Below, piece by piece: positions 1-14,029 of a DNA stretch of 64,000 nucleotides. The stretch's first letter is position 1. The number at the start of each line of letters is the position of its first letter. Made by a program: the position numbers and the translations under genes. The DNA is from Planctomycetota bacterium (lineage in GTDB: Bacteria > Planctomycetota > UBA1135 > UBA2386). The DNA lies in contig JBKAGP010000001.1 of assembly GCA_046290465.1 (NCBI GenBank), positions 3,296,001-3,360,000 on the forward strand, in the 5' to 3' direction. Below the pieces are notes generated by a model that saw only the letters and a list, made by a program, of their open reading frames with translations, ran no database searches and was not told the DNA's origin.

Positions 1-47
1 TTAGCGGATCGTCGCCACATGACAATACGGGTCGACGCCCAAGTTTG

Positions 48-2300
48 ATGAGCAGCGACGGTTCCAGCCGCGAAGTGACCCTCGAGGGCACGATCGAACG
101 CTTCACCTTCCGCAACCCGGACAGCGGTTGGGCGGTGTTGCGGCTCGCCGAAGAAGGCACGGGCAAGACGGTTACGGCGGTCGGCCCGATGGCGCAGCTG
201 AAGGAGGGCCAGCGCCTGCGGATCCGTGGCGAGGTCGACACCCACCCGAAGTTCGGCGAACAGGTCAAGGTCGACGCGTTCGAGGCGATCGCGCCGTCGA
301 CCGCCGCGGGCATCGAGGCCTACCTGGCGTCGGGGCTGGTCAAGGGCATCGGCCCGGCGACGGCCGAGAAGATCGTCAAGGTGTTCGGCGACGCGACCCT
401 GCAGGTGATCGAGGACGACCCGGAACAGCTGCGCAAGGTGAAGGGCCTCGGTCCGCGCAAGATCCAGGAGCTGTCGGACGCGGTGAAGGCGCAGAAGGAC
501 CTGCAGAACGTGCTGGTGTTCTTGCGAGCCCACGGGCTCGGCGCCGGCCTCGCGGCGCGCATCGTCAAGCGCTACGGCGCCAACGCGTCGGCGCTCGTGC
601 AGGCCAACCCGTATCGGCTCGCGGACGACGTGATCGGGGTCGGCTTCCGGATCGCCGACCGGCTCGCCGGCCAGATGGGCATCGAGCCGCTCGCGGCCGA
701 ACGGCTCGACGCGGCGATGGAGTTCGTGCTCGGCCAGGGTGCTCGCGAAGGCCACTGCTACCTGCCCGAGGAGGTGCTGGTGCGGCGCACGGCCGAGCTG
801 CTGGCGTGCGACGAGGAGGCGATCCAGAAGCGCCTGCCGCAGTTCGCGCTGAGCGGCCGGATCGCGCGGCAACTGCCGCCAGGTCCGGTGCTGCTGCACG
901 ACGACCCGGCGCCGGTGGTGTATCCGGCTGCGCTGGTCGAAGCCGAGGACGGCACCGCGCGCGCGCTCGACGCACTGGTCAAGAGCAAGGCTGCGCGGCT
1001 GCCGGTGCAGCCGGAGTCGGCGGTGCGCTGGTTCGCACAGGTGTCGGGCATGGAGCTGGCCGAGCAGCAGCAGGACGCGATCGTTCGCGGTCTGCGGGAG
1101 CGCGTGTCGGTGATCACCGGTGGACCCGGCGTGGGCAAGACGACGATCGTGCGCGCGCTGGTGCAGATCCTCGGCCAGAAGGACCTGAAGGTGTCGCTCG
1201 CCGCCCCCACCGGCCGCGCGGCGAAGCGTCTCGAGGAGTCGACCGGCCACCACGCCAGCACGCTGCACCGGCTGCTGGAATTCACGCCGGGGGCCAACCG
1301 GTTCGCGCGCGACGAGGACAACCCGCTCGAGGGCGACCTGCTGGTCGTCGACGAGGCGTCGATGCTCGACGTGCAGCTCGCCCACTCGCTGCTGCGCGCC
1401 GTACCGCCGACGATGACGCTGGTGCTGGTCGGCGACCAGAACCAGCTGCCGTCGGTCGGACCGGGCAACGTGCTCGCGGACATCATCGCCAGCGGTCGGG
1501 TCACTTCGACGGCACTGACCCGCATCTTTCGCCAGCAGAACGACTCGGACATCGTGCGCGTCGCCCACGGCATGCTGACCGGCGACGTGCCGACCAGCGG
1601 CGGCGAGAACGGCGACTTCTTCTTCGTCGAAGCCGACGACACCCGCCGTTCGCGGGCGCTGCTGCGCGAGCTGATCGGCTCGCGCATCCCGCGCAAGTTC
1701 GGCCTCGACCCGCTGCGCGACGTGCAGGTGCTGTGTCCGATGTATCGCGGCGAGGTCGGCGCCGACGCGCTCAATCGCGACCTGCAGGACCTGCTCAATC
1801 CCGGCGAGATCGAGGTCGAGCGCAGCGGCAAGCGCTACCGCATCGGCGACAAGGTGATGCAGATCCGCAACGACTACGACCGCGAGGTGTGGAACGGCGA
1901 CGTCGGCCAGCTGACCTACATCGACACCAACGCCGCCAAGCTCTACGTGCGCTTTCCGGAGCGGGAGCATCAATACGGGTTCGAAGAGCTGGGCGACCTG
2001 ATCCCGGCCTATGCGATCTCGGTGCACCGCTCGCAGGGGAGCGAGTATCCGGCGGTCGTGATGCCGGTGACGACCGACCACTTCTTGATGCTGCGCCGTT
2101 CGCTGCTCTACACGGCGATCACGCGCGGCAAGAAGCTGGTCGTGCTGGTCGGATCGCGTCGCGCGCTCGAGATGGCGACGCGCAACAACGACGACGGCCG
2201 GCGATGGTCGGGGCTGTGCGAGCGGCTCCGGGATCTGGTCCGGCACGACGGGGTGCACCCGGCGGTGGACGACGCCCAAGAGGGAGGGCTCGAGGCGTAG
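48..2300 (+). CDS. recD2: ATP-dependent RecD2-like DNA helicase (SF1B)
   Basis: N-terminal OB-like region, HhH motifs (VKGIGPATAEKI), Walker A GGPGVGKT, VDEASM, AISVHRSQGSEY, LYTAITRGK. Confidence 0.93.
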   Translation: MSSDGSSREVTLEGTIERFTFRNPDSGWAVLRLAEEGTGKTVTAVGPMAQLKEGQRLRIRGEVDTHPKFGEQVKVDAFEAIAPSTAAGIEAYLASGLVKGIGPATAEKIVKVFGDATLQVIEDDPEQLRKVKGLGPRKIQELSDAVKAQKDLQNVLVFLRAHGLGAGLAARIVKRYGANASALVQANPYRLADDVIGVGFRIADRLAGQMGIEPLAAERLDAAMEFVLGQGAREGHCYLPEEVLVRRTAELLACDEEAIQKRLPQFALSGRIARQLPPGPVLLHDDPAPVVYPAALVEAEDGTARALDALVKSKAARLPVQPESAVRWFAQVSGMELAEQQQDAIVRGLRERVSVITGGPGVGKTTIVRALVQILGQKDLKVSLAAPTGRAAKRLEESTGHHASTLHRLLEFTPGANRFARDEDNPLEGDLLVVDEASMLDVQLAHSLLRAVPPTMTLVLVGDQNQLPSVGPGNVLADIIASGRVTSTALTRIFRQQNDSDIVRVAHGMLTGDVPTSGGENGDFFFVEADDTRRSRALLRELIGSRIPRKFGLDPLRDVQVLCPMYRGEVGADALNRDLQDLLNPGEIEVERSGKRYRIGDKVMQIRNDYDREVWNGDVGQLTYIDTNAAKLYVRFPEREHQYGFEELGDLIPAYAISVHRSQGSEYPAVVMPVTTDHFLMLRRSLLYTAITRGKKLVVLVGSRRALEMATRNNDDGRRWSGLCERLRDLVRHDGVHPAVDDAQEGGLEA

Positions 2301-2388
2301 GCGCGGCGTGGCGCCTTGTCGGTTGCTCGCAGGCCCGTGCAGGTGCAGCGTTGGCCCCTTGCAGGCGCCGGGCAGGCGCTCGATGCGC

Positions 2389-3255
2389 CTACAGGCCCAG
2401 CGCCGCGTGCACGGCGAGCGTCGCCGACGAGCGGTTGAGCGTGTAGAAGTGCAGGCCGGGCGCGCCGAGCTCGAGCAGTTCGCGGCCCTGGTCCACGGCC
2501 CACTGCACACCGGTCGCGACGACCGCCGACGGGTCGCTCTCGACGATGCGCAGGCGGCGGTAGAGCTCCTGCGGGATGCGGGAGCCGCACATCTTGGTGA
2601 AGCGCTCGACCTGGGCGGCGTTGGTCACGGGCATCAGGCCCGGCACGATCGGGATCTGGATGCCGGCCGAGCGGGCGCGACGGACGAACGCCCGGTAGTC
2701 GGCGTTGTCGAAGAACAGCTGGGACACCAGGAAGTCCGCTCCCGCGTCGACCTTCTCGACCAGGTGGCCGAGGTCCTTCTCGAGATCTTCCGTCTCGACG
2801 TGCCCTTCGGGGTAGCAGGCTGCGCCGATGCAGAAGTCGAGGCCCGTCTCGCGGATGAAGGCCACCAGTTCGGTGGCGTAGCCGAAGCCCCCTGCCGTCG
2901 GCTTGAACTCGGTCTCGCCCTTCGGCGGGTCGCCCCGAAGCGCGAGCACGTTGCGGATACCCGAGTCGTGCAGCCGTTCGAGGGTCTGCCGGATCTCCTC
3001 CTTGGTGCTGCCGACGCAGGTCAGGTGGGCCATCGTCGTGATGCCCAGCTCACGCTGGATCCGGGCGACGAGTTCGAGCGTGCGGTCCCGCGTGCTGCCA
3101 CCGGCGCCGTAGGTCACCGACACGAAGGACGGCCGACACGGACGCAGGGCCTTGACGGTGCCGTAGAGCGCCTCCACGCCTTCCTCGGTCTTCGGAGGGA
3201 AGAACTCGAAGGAGATGACGGGGTCGCTGCCACCGAACAGTTCGACGATTTTCAT
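2389..3255 (-). CDS. metF: 5,10-methylenetetrahydrofolate reductase
   Basis: SFEFFPPKT, SVTYGAGGST, AHLTC, LALRGDPP, ACYPEGH, GLHFYTLN; start chosen at MKIVELF. Confidence 0.95.
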   Translation of the reverse strand: MKIVELFGGSDPVISFEFFPPKTEEGVEALYGTVKALRPCRPSFVSVTYGAGGSTRDRTLELVARIQRELGITTMAHLTCVGSTKEEIRQTLERLHDSGIRNVLALRGDPPKGETEFKPTAGGFGYATELVAFIRETGLDFCIGAACYPEGHVETEDLEKDLGHLVEKVDAGADFLVSQLFFDNADYRAFVRRARSAGIQIPIVPGLMPVTNAAQVERFTKMCGSRIPQELYRRLRIVESDPSAVVATGVQWAVDQGRELLELGAPGLHFYTLNRSSATLAVHAALGL

Positions 3256-3312
3256 GCCACAGGCGAGACTAGGGGCGGGCCGTGGCGCTGCGCAACAGCA
3301 GCCCCGGGCAGG

Positions 3313-3355
3313 AAACGAAAACAGCTCCGCCGTCCTGACGGACGACGGAGCTGTT
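3313..3355 (-). terminator. Intrinsic terminator of the rRNA operon
   Basis: Hairpin AACAGCTCCG(T/C)CGTCC-loop-GGACG.CGGAGCTGTT followed on the minus strand by TTTTCGTTT, just downstream of 5S. Confidence 0.75.
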
Positions 3356-3364
3356 GGAAGAATG

Positions 3365-3472
3365 ACCCGGCACTGACCTACTTTCGCGCATAGCACTATC
3401 ATCGGCCCAGACTGCTTGACTGCCGTGTTCGGAAAGGGAACGGGTATTTCCAGTCTGGTATGGGCACCGGGA
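3365..3472 (-). rRNA. rrf: 5S rRNA (about 108 nt)
   Basis: Reverse complement has CCCGTTCCCTTTCCGAACACGG and GCGAAAGTAGGTCAGTGCCGGG with a terminal helix; lies downstream of 23S. Confidence 0.93.
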
Positions 3473-3582
3473 GGCGCTTGTCCACGCGGCGGACAGTCGA
3501 GCTGCCTCCGCGAGGAGATAAGAAGGGTTGGTGGAACGAGTCGTCGAGAATCTGCAGCTGCTGCTGCCAGCGAGTGAAAATG

Positions 3583-6501
<2,919 letters not shown>

Positions 6502-6547
6502 GATTCTCACTCGAGATCCTCGACGATCTCGTTCCACCAACCCTACT

Positions 6548-6559
6548 TGTCAAAGAGCA
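6548..6559 (-). promoter_or_regulatory. boxA antitermination element in the 16S-23S spacer
   Basis: Minus strand TGCTCTTTGACA resembles the rrn boxA consensus TGCTCTTTAACA, just upstream of the 23S processing stem. Confidence 0.7.
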
Positions 6560-6735
6560 CGTCGACTCGCACGGTGAGCTCTCGCTCGAACCGAACGCGT
6601 CGTGTTCGCTTCTCTCACCTCCGGGGAACGGTCGCTTCGACCTGGTCCGGAAGGAGAAAATAGGGTGGCCTCGAGAAGAGCGTGCAAGCCCCTGTGGTTA
6701 TCGGTGGATTAGAGGTCCACCGACAAGGTTCCTTA

Positions 6736-8293
<1,558 letters not shown>

Positions 8294-8538
8294 ATGTTCG
8301 TTGAACAACACAGGGTCATTCTCTTTGGCTTTGTCGCTAACTCACACTCGAACGACAAGATGCTGATGCATCCCACCGCATTCCGAGCATGAGCGGCTTG
8401 CCGGTCCCCGCTGCCCGACGCAAGCGCCGGAAACCGCGAGAACCAACCTCAATAAGCTCACACGCTTACTTTCGAGGCCACCCAGAATGCCAAAGATCGA
8501 CCCCCGAAGTGAGTTTTGCTCGCTCAGGGGGGCGAGGA

Positions 8539-8567
8539 ACAGTAGCGAGCTAGTCGACTGCTCGCAA
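8539..8567 (-). promoter_or_regulatory. Putative sigma70 promoter of the rRNA operon
   Basis: Minus strand TTGCGA-17 nt-TACTGT with an A/T-rich tract upstream, about 245 nt before 16S. Confidence 0.5.
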
Positions 8568-8664
8568 GCGTTGGCAAAAGGTTTTTTGCGAACAGTCTCA
8601 AGTGTCGTTGCTGAGGCCACTTAGGCTCGCCAGAACTTGAGCCCGTCGCGCGTCGGGGCGACGC

Positions 8665-9945
8665 TCAGAGACCCTCGATCCGACGCACCCGACCCGGGTT
8701 CCGCGCCCGGAGCGCATCCAGTGCAGCGCCCTCGGGGAGCCGAAGCTCGAAGGAGTCCAACGGCTTGTGGTCCAGCCCGTGGGCGACCACTCTCATGACG
8801 CGACCGTCGACCTCGGCGCTGCACCAGTGGTAGGCCTTCTCGAGCGCCTGGGCCTCGCGCCGCGCCCGCGGGTTCTCGCGGATGTCGTAGAGCCGCTTGC
8901 CGCCGCCGCCGCTCACAACCAACGGCACTGGAAGGGTTTCGCTCGGTCCGAACCGCTGGTAGCAGTGGTCGTGACCGCTCAGGTAGAGGCTGACCCCCCA
9001 CTTCTGCAGTTCCGGCAGCAGCGACACCAGCAGCTCCGGGTTGTCCCCCTGCCGCGACGCGCTGCGCATCGGAAAGTGGCTGGCGACGACGATCCACGGC
9101 TCGGTCCGCCGCTCCAGCTCGCGCAGCAAGAACGTGTGCGTCGGGTGCCCCTCCCGGTAGTGATCCCCGGTGAAGAACGTGTTGCAGTCGAGCGCGATCA
9201 CCCGCACCGACCCCCACGCAAACGAGAAGCTGCGCTCATCGCCGGTCACCTCGTTGGTCGGCAGCTCGAAGTTCGCCAGGATCTGCACGCCGGCGGCGTT
9301 CATCACGTCGTGGTTGCCGAGCACCGGATAGAGCGGGGCCTGGCGGATCAGTTCGCCGAACGGCCGAAAGAACCCGCTGCTGTAGTGCGCATGCAGGCCC
9401 TTGGGGTAGATCACGTCGCCCAGATGCAGGGCGAAATCCGGCCGATACTCCGCCATCGCCGCACCGACCTCGGTGACCGCCCCCTTGGTCGGCAGCCAAC
9501 CCCACCGGGCCGGCAGGTGCAGCAGCGGCGTCCGCTGCAGCCAGACCCACCAGGGCTGGTCGCCGCTGTCGCCACAGAACGCAAACCGCACCTTCGCGTC
9601 GTCGCTGGCTGGCGCGGTCCGGAACGTGCCCTCGATCGCGCCGCCGTCGCGCGACGCCAGCTGGTAGCGATACTCGGTCGCCGGCTCCAGGCCCTCGACG
9701 CGCAGCGCATGCCGCCGACCGACCTCACCGTGCGCGCTGGCGACGGCCTCACCGGCGGCGTCGTAGACGGTCAGGTGCTGCTGCTCGGGCTCCGCCGTGA
9801 TCCGGGCGACCGTGGCCGCGTCCGTGGTGACGTTCTGCACGTAGGCGCCCGTCCGCAGCGGCGGGTCGTCGAGCACGTTGATCCACAGGCAGCCGAATCC
9901 GGCCAGCCAGAGGATGCGGCGCATCCAGCGCGTTCGGGTCTTCAC
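8665..9945 (-). CDS. Purple acid phosphatase-like metallophosphoesterase with N-terminal FN3-like domain
   Basis: GDSG, HLGDVIY, GNHD, SHFP, GHDHCYQR metal-binding motifs; N-terminal hydrophobic anchor. Confidence 0.88.
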   Translation of the reverse strand: MKTRTRWMRRILWLAGFGCLWINVLDDPPLRTGAYVQNVTTDAATVARITAEPEQQHLTVYDAAGEAVASAHGEVGRRHALRVEGLEPATEYRYQLASRDGGAIEGTFRTAPASDDAKVRFAFCGDSGDQPWWVWLQRTPLLHLPARWGWLPTKGAVTEVGAAMAEYRPDFALHLGDVIYPKGLHAHYSSGFFRPFGELIRQAPLYPVLGNHDVMNAAGVQILANFELPTNEVTGDERSFSFAWGSVRVIALDCNTFFTGDHYREGHPTHTFLLRELERRTEPWIVVASHFPMRSASRQGDNPELLVSLLPELQKWGVSLYLSGHDHCYQRFGPSETLPVPLVVSGGGGKRLYDIRENPRARREAQALEKAYHWCSAEVDGRVMRVVAHGLDHKPLDSFELRLPEGAALDALRARNPGRVRRIEGL

Positions 9946-10002
9946 ACCCCGGTTCTAGCCCACGCGGGCCGCCTGGACGAGCCCGTAAGGCGCGCCGACG
10001 GC

Positions 10003-10371
10003 CTAGTTGGGATGGTGGCAGGTCACGCAGGTGGTGATGCCGCCGCGCACCTTGAACTCGCCGCGGATCGTCAGCTGCCGCGGCTTCAGCAGGTCGACCA
10101 GGTCCGAGAAGATGTCGTTGGTGACCTTCTCGTGGAACGCGCCAACGTTGCGGAAGCTCCACAGGTAGAGCTTGAGGCTCTTGAGCTCGACGCAGAGCTG
10201 GTCCGGCACGTAGTCGATGAAGATCGTCGCGAAGTCCGGCTGCCCGGTCTTCGGACAGACGCAGGTGAACTCCGGGCACTCGAACTCGATCTCGTAGTCG
10301 CGACCCGGCTCCGGGTTGGGGAACGTCTCGAGCGCGGAGGTGTCGTGCGGGGCTGGCTCTGGCAACGGCAT
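10003..10371 (-). CDS. queF: NADPH-dependent 7-cyano-7-deazaguanine (preQ0) reductase, short type
   Basis: [31 protein letters not shown]. Confidence 0.93.
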   Translation of the reverse strand: MPLPEPAPHDTSALETFPNPEPGRDYEIEFECPEFTCVCPKTGQPDFATIFIDYVPDQLCVELKSLKLYLWSFRNVGAFHEKVTNDIFSDLVDLLKPRQLTIRGEFKVRGGITTCVTCHHPN

Positions 10372-10435
10372 GCGCGGAGCGAAGCAGGTCAGCAGGCCGG
10401 GGGCAAGGATCGCCGGCCGGCAAACGCCGCGAAGC

Positions 10436-11455
10436 TCAGCCCGGCGCGACGTCGCCGGGAGCCGGCAGGCCGAGGTCGACCGCCACCCCGTCGTCGGGGT
10501 CGAAGTCCATGCAGGCGAAGCGCTCGACGCCGTGCAGCCGACAGCTCGCGCGGCGGCACGGGCGGCAGGGCAGGTCCGCCGGCGCGACCAGCGCGCGGGC
10601 GGTCGGCGGCGACGTGCGCCGCGGATCCTGGCTGCCGAACAGGATCCGGCCGCGCGCACCGGCAGCGAGCAGCACGTGGCTGGCCCCCTGGTCCGGACCG
10701 ATCACCTCGCCACCGGCAGCCGCCACGGCCGCGCCGAGCGCGATCAGCCGCCGCACCTCACCGGCCTCGTGGTGCAGCAACGGCCGTTCGCCGTCGTGGC
10801 TGAGCCGCGCCTCGGCAGGCCCGGTCACCAGCACGGCCTGCTCCTGGTGCCACAGCCGATCCAGCAACCACGGCCGCAGCGCGCGCGGATCCGACGGGTC
10901 GGTGCCGACGAGCACCGTGAACGGCCGCTCCGGGTCGACTCCGGCGCGCCGCAGCTGCTCGCGCTCGAAGCGCAGCTCCTCCGCCGTCGGCGCCAGCTCG
11001 GCCAGCGCAAACGGCGCGTCGGGCGCGATCACGCGCGCCAGTTCCCACGCGGCCCGGGCCGGATGGGGCGTCGCCTCGCACCGGATCGTGCGACGCAGCA
11101 GCACGCGGCTCGCCGGCTCTTGTCGCCATGGTGCCGCCATGCCCAGACGCAGACGGGCTCCGGACAGCCGCGCGATCCACGCGCTCTTCCAGTTGCCCTG
11201 CAGGTCGAGCGCGACGTCGTAGCGCTCCTCGCGCAGCTCGCGCCGCACCGCCCGCAGCGCCCGCAGGCCGCCGCGGCGGTCGAACGTCACGACGCGCGCG
11301 ATCCCGGGCACGCCATCGAGCAGCGGCGCAAAGGTCGGCTGGGTGACGAACGTCAGCCGCAGGCCCGGACGGATCGCACGCAGCGAGGAGACCGCCCCGA
11401 GCGACTGCACCAGATCGCCCATCGCCGACAGCCGCACCAGCAGCGCGGCGTTCAC
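10436..11455 (-). CDS. Glycosyltransferase family 9 (LPS heptosyltransferase-like)
   Basis: [39 protein letters not shown] start overlaps the upstream stop. Confidence 0.85.
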   Translation of the reverse strand: MNAALLVRLSAMGDLVQSLGAVSSLRAIRPGLRLTFVTQPTFAPLLDGVPGIARVVTFDRRGGLRALRAVRRELREERYDVALDLQGNWKSAWIARLSGARLRLGMAAPWRQEPASRVLLRRTIRCEATPHPARAAWELARVIAPDAPFALAELAPTAEELRFEREQLRRAGVDPERPFTVLVGTDPSDPRALRPWLLDRLWHQEQAVLVTGPAEARLSHDGERPLLHHEAGEVRRLIALGAAVAAAGGEVIGPDQGASHVLLAAGARGRILFGSQDPRRTSPPTARALVAPADLPCRPCRRASCRLHGVERFACMDFDPDDGVAVDLGLPAPGDVAPG

Positions 11456-12972
11456 TTCGGCGTCGCCGGGCGCTCGTGCACGACGAACGTCTTGAACGGG
11501 GTCGTCATCCGCCACAGCAGCCGGTAGTCCTCGCGCGTCAGCGGCCGCCACGGCGTGTCCTCGTGCAGGACCCAGCGGGTGTCGGGCAGGCGGCGACGGA
11601 ACTCGTCGCCTTCCACCCACAGGCCGCTCGCGAGCATCGTCGGCGAGTCGAGGTGCCCGTATCCGCCGAGGTCGTCGACGACGCCGAGCTGCCGCAGTTC
11701 GCGGAACATCAGCTGGCCGATCGCGGCGCGCGCGCGCTTGCTCTCCGGCCAACGCGCGCTGCGCTCCAGGCCGACGGTCCACGACGCCACCATCGGCAGC
11801 ACCAGGCACAGGATCACGACGTCGCGCGGACGCCGCACCAGCAGCGGCGCGCACGCGATCACCAGCGCCAGCCCGACCGACGCCTCACCGGCCCGCGGCA
11901 CGAACGGGATCACCACCAGCGCGATCGCGGCCAGCACGCCGAGGCCCCAGATCACGCGCCGCGCAAACGCCGGCACCGCGCCGCGCATGCTCCAGTAGTG
12001 CGCCACGGCCGGCGCCACCGCGAACGTGAACAGCATCACGTTCGGCAGCAGGTAGCGGGTCGGGCGGCCGGGGAAGAACGTCAGCAACACCACCGCGAGC
12101 ACGGCGCCACCGCTGCACATGCGCAGCGTCAGGTCGTCGGCCCCCATGCGCGCGTCGCGCGCGCCGCGCCATTCCCAGAAGCACCACAGCCCGAACGGCA
12201 TCAGCACGAACAGCGCCCGCAGCCAGTAGACCGGCGTCTCGCGCACGTGCTTCCACTCGAACAACGCCAGGCGGCCGACCGATTCCTCGTTGGCGACCTC
12301 CAGCATCGCGCCGGCGTCGACGAACCAGGTCCACAGCGGCACGAAGTAGGCCGCGATCACCAGCGCCATCGGCACGAAGTGGTGCAGCACGTAGCGCAGC
12401 CGGCGGTGCCGCCACCAGACCAGGTAGGCACCGATCGCGAACAGGAAGAACGGCGGCCCCTTCTGCAAGAATGCGAGGCCACCGACGACCCCGCTGGCGA
12501 GCACCAGCAGCGAACGGTCGCGCGCGACGCCGGTCGCCAGCAGCCACAGCGAGATGCCGGTCAGGCTCGCGAACAGCGGGTCGATCTCGGCCGTCGGCCA
12601 CTTGAACACCACCAAGGGCGAACACAGCAGGCCGAACGCGACCAGCCAGCCGGCGGTCGCGCCGAACCAGCGCCGCAGCAGTTCGCCGGCGAGCAGCGCC
12701 GACAGCCACGCGCCGAGCGCACCGGGCAGCCGCAGCGACAGGTAGTCACTGCCGAGCCACTCGTGGCACAGCATGATCAGCCAGTAGTGCAGCGGCGGCT
12801 TCGCCCAGGTCGGCTCGCCGCTGAGCAGCGGGATCATCCAGCTCTCGCTGCGCAGCATCTCCAGCGCGATCTGCACGCGACGGCCCTCGGTGCCGTCCCA
12901 GTCGGGCCGCAGCCACGTCGGCAGCAGCACCAGGACCGCGGCCGCGAGCAGGATCAGGGCACGGATCAGCAC
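11452..12972 (-). CDS. ArnT/GT83-like polyprenyl-phosphosugar:lipid A glycosyltransferase
   Basis: EGRRVQIALEM, W.IPLL.GEP..AKPPLHYW, LRLP, KGP; multiple TM helices. Confidence 0.83.
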   Translation of the reverse strand: MLIRALILLAAAVLVLLPTWLRPDWDGTEGRRVQIALEMLRSESWMIPLLSGEPTWAKPPLHYWLIMLCHEWLGSDYLSLRLPGALGAWLSALLAGELLRRWFGATAGWLVAFGLLCSPLVVFKWPTAEIDPLFASLTGISLWLLATGVARDRSLLVLASGVVGGLAFLQKGPPFFLFAIGAYLVWWRHRRLRYVLHHFVPMALVIAAYFVPLWTWFVDAGAMLEVANEESVGRLALFEWKHVRETPVYWLRALFVLMPFGLWCFWEWRGARDARMGADDLTLRMCSGGAVLAVVLLTFFPGRPTRYLLPNVMLFTFAVAPAVAHYWSMRGAVPAFARRVIWGLGVLAAIALVVIPFVPRAGEASVGLALVIACAPLLVRRPRDVVILCLVLPMVASWTVGLERSARWPESKRARAAIGQLMFRELRQLGVVDDLGGYGHLDSPTMLASGLWVEGDEFRRRLPDTRWVLHEDTPWRPLTREDYRLLWRMTTPFKTFVVHERPATPK

Positions 12973-12988
12973 GCGCGCGCGACCTCCG

Positions 12989-13297
12989 TCAAGCGGCCGC
13001 CTCGTCCTTGCGCGTCTGCCGGATCAGCATCAGGTTGCGCGCATAGATCACGCTGCCGGTGACCTGCCCCATGATGAACACGGGATCGAGACGGTAGATG
13101 GCGTAGCACAGGCTCAGCATCCCGCCCGAGATGCTCAACCACCAGAACGAGATCGGAACGACCGACTTCCGGGCGCGTTCGCTCGCGATCCACTGCACCC
13201 AGAAGCGCGACGCGAACACCAGCTGGCCGCCGAACCCGATGACCCACCAGTACCACGGCGTCGACTCGATCGCGCCGTCGGCGAGGTTCGAGAGCAT
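12989..13297 (-). CDS. Lipid A biosynthesis N-terminal (LAB_N) domain membrane protein
   Basis: GFGGQLVFASRFWVQWIASERARKSVVPISFWWLS, DPVFIMGQ, IYARNL. Confidence 0.9.
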   Translation of the reverse strand: MLSNLADGAIESTPWYWWVIGFGGQLVFASRFWVQWIASERARKSVVPISFWWLSISGGMLSLCYAIYRLDPVFIMGQVTGSVIYARNLMLIRQTRKDEAAA

Positions 13298-14029
13298 CTA
13301 GAACTCCTCCTTGACCTCGTGCAGCAGCAGGCGCTGTCGCACCCAGCGCATCGCGAAGCAGTCGCGCAGCCCCTTGAACATGCGGTTGCCGATCCCGTAC
13401 TTGGCGGTGCCGGCGTAGCGTTCGCGGTGGTTGACGTCGCGCTCGAGCACCTTGCCGCCGAGGTAGCGGACCAGCGTCGCCATGAAGCGGTGCATGCCGA
13501 CGAACTTCGGCACCCGCAGGAAGTAGCTGCGGCGGATGACCTTGATGCCGCAGGCGGCGTCCTTGACCTTGTCGCCGGTCAAGAAGTTGCGCACGCCGTT
13601 GCCGATCCTCGACGACGCCCGCCGCACGAACGTGTCCTGGCGCTCGGCGCGCACGCCGACGACCGCGTCGGCCTCGCCGTTCTCGACCAGTTCGAGCATC
13701 GCCGGGATGTCGCGCGGATCGTTCTGCATGTCGCCGTCGAGCGTCGCCACGATCGGGGCCCGCGCCTGTTCGACGCCAGCCATCACCGCCGCGCTCTGGC
13801 CACTGTTGGCCTTGAGCGTGACGATGCGCAGCCAGTCGGCAGCGTGCTCGCGCTTCCACTCGCGCATGATCTCGAGGCTGCCGTCGCGGCTGCCGTCGTC
13901 GACGAACAGCGCCTCGAACGGACCGTGCGGCGCGAGCACTTCGCCGACCTCGGCGAGCATCGTCGCGACGGTCTCCTCCTCGTTGTAGATCGGCACGACC
14001 AGCGAGAACCTGGGCTGTTCCTCCGCCAT
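13298..14029 (-). CDS. GT2 polyprenol-phosphate glycosyltransferase (DPM1/ArnC/RgtE-like)
   Basis: VVPIYNEE, VDDGSRDGS, GQSAA, LDGDMQNDP, HRFM, NHRER.AG.AKYG. Confidence 0.9.
   Translation of the reverse strand: MAEEQPRFSLVVPIYNEEETVATMLAEVGEVLAPHGPFEALFVDDGSRDGSLEIMREWKREHAADWLRIVTLKANSGQSAAVMAGVEQARAPIVATLDGDMQNDPRDIPAMLELVENGEADAVVGVRAERQDTFVRRASSRIGNGVRNFLTGDKVKDAACGIKVIRRSYFLRVPKFVGMHRFMATLVRYLGGKVLERDVNHRERYAGTAKYGIGNRMFKGLRDCFAMRWVRQRLLLHEVKEEF

Noticed and set aside
48..2300. RecD2 as a defence or mobile-element helicase
   Set aside because: Standard stand-alone RecD2 architecture in a housekeeping context
3256..3312. SAM riboswitch upstream of metF
   Set aside because: Under 60 nt between the rrn terminator and the start; no aptamer motif seen
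6502..6735. tRNA-Ile/Ala in the ITS
   Set aside because: No cloverleaf or T-arm/CCA pattern recognisable
10003..10435. queF as part of a 7-deazaguanine DNA-modification (dpd) island, or a preQ1 riboswitch
   Set aside because: No dpdA/tgt or other que genes nearby and no riboswitch motif; ordinary queuosine gene
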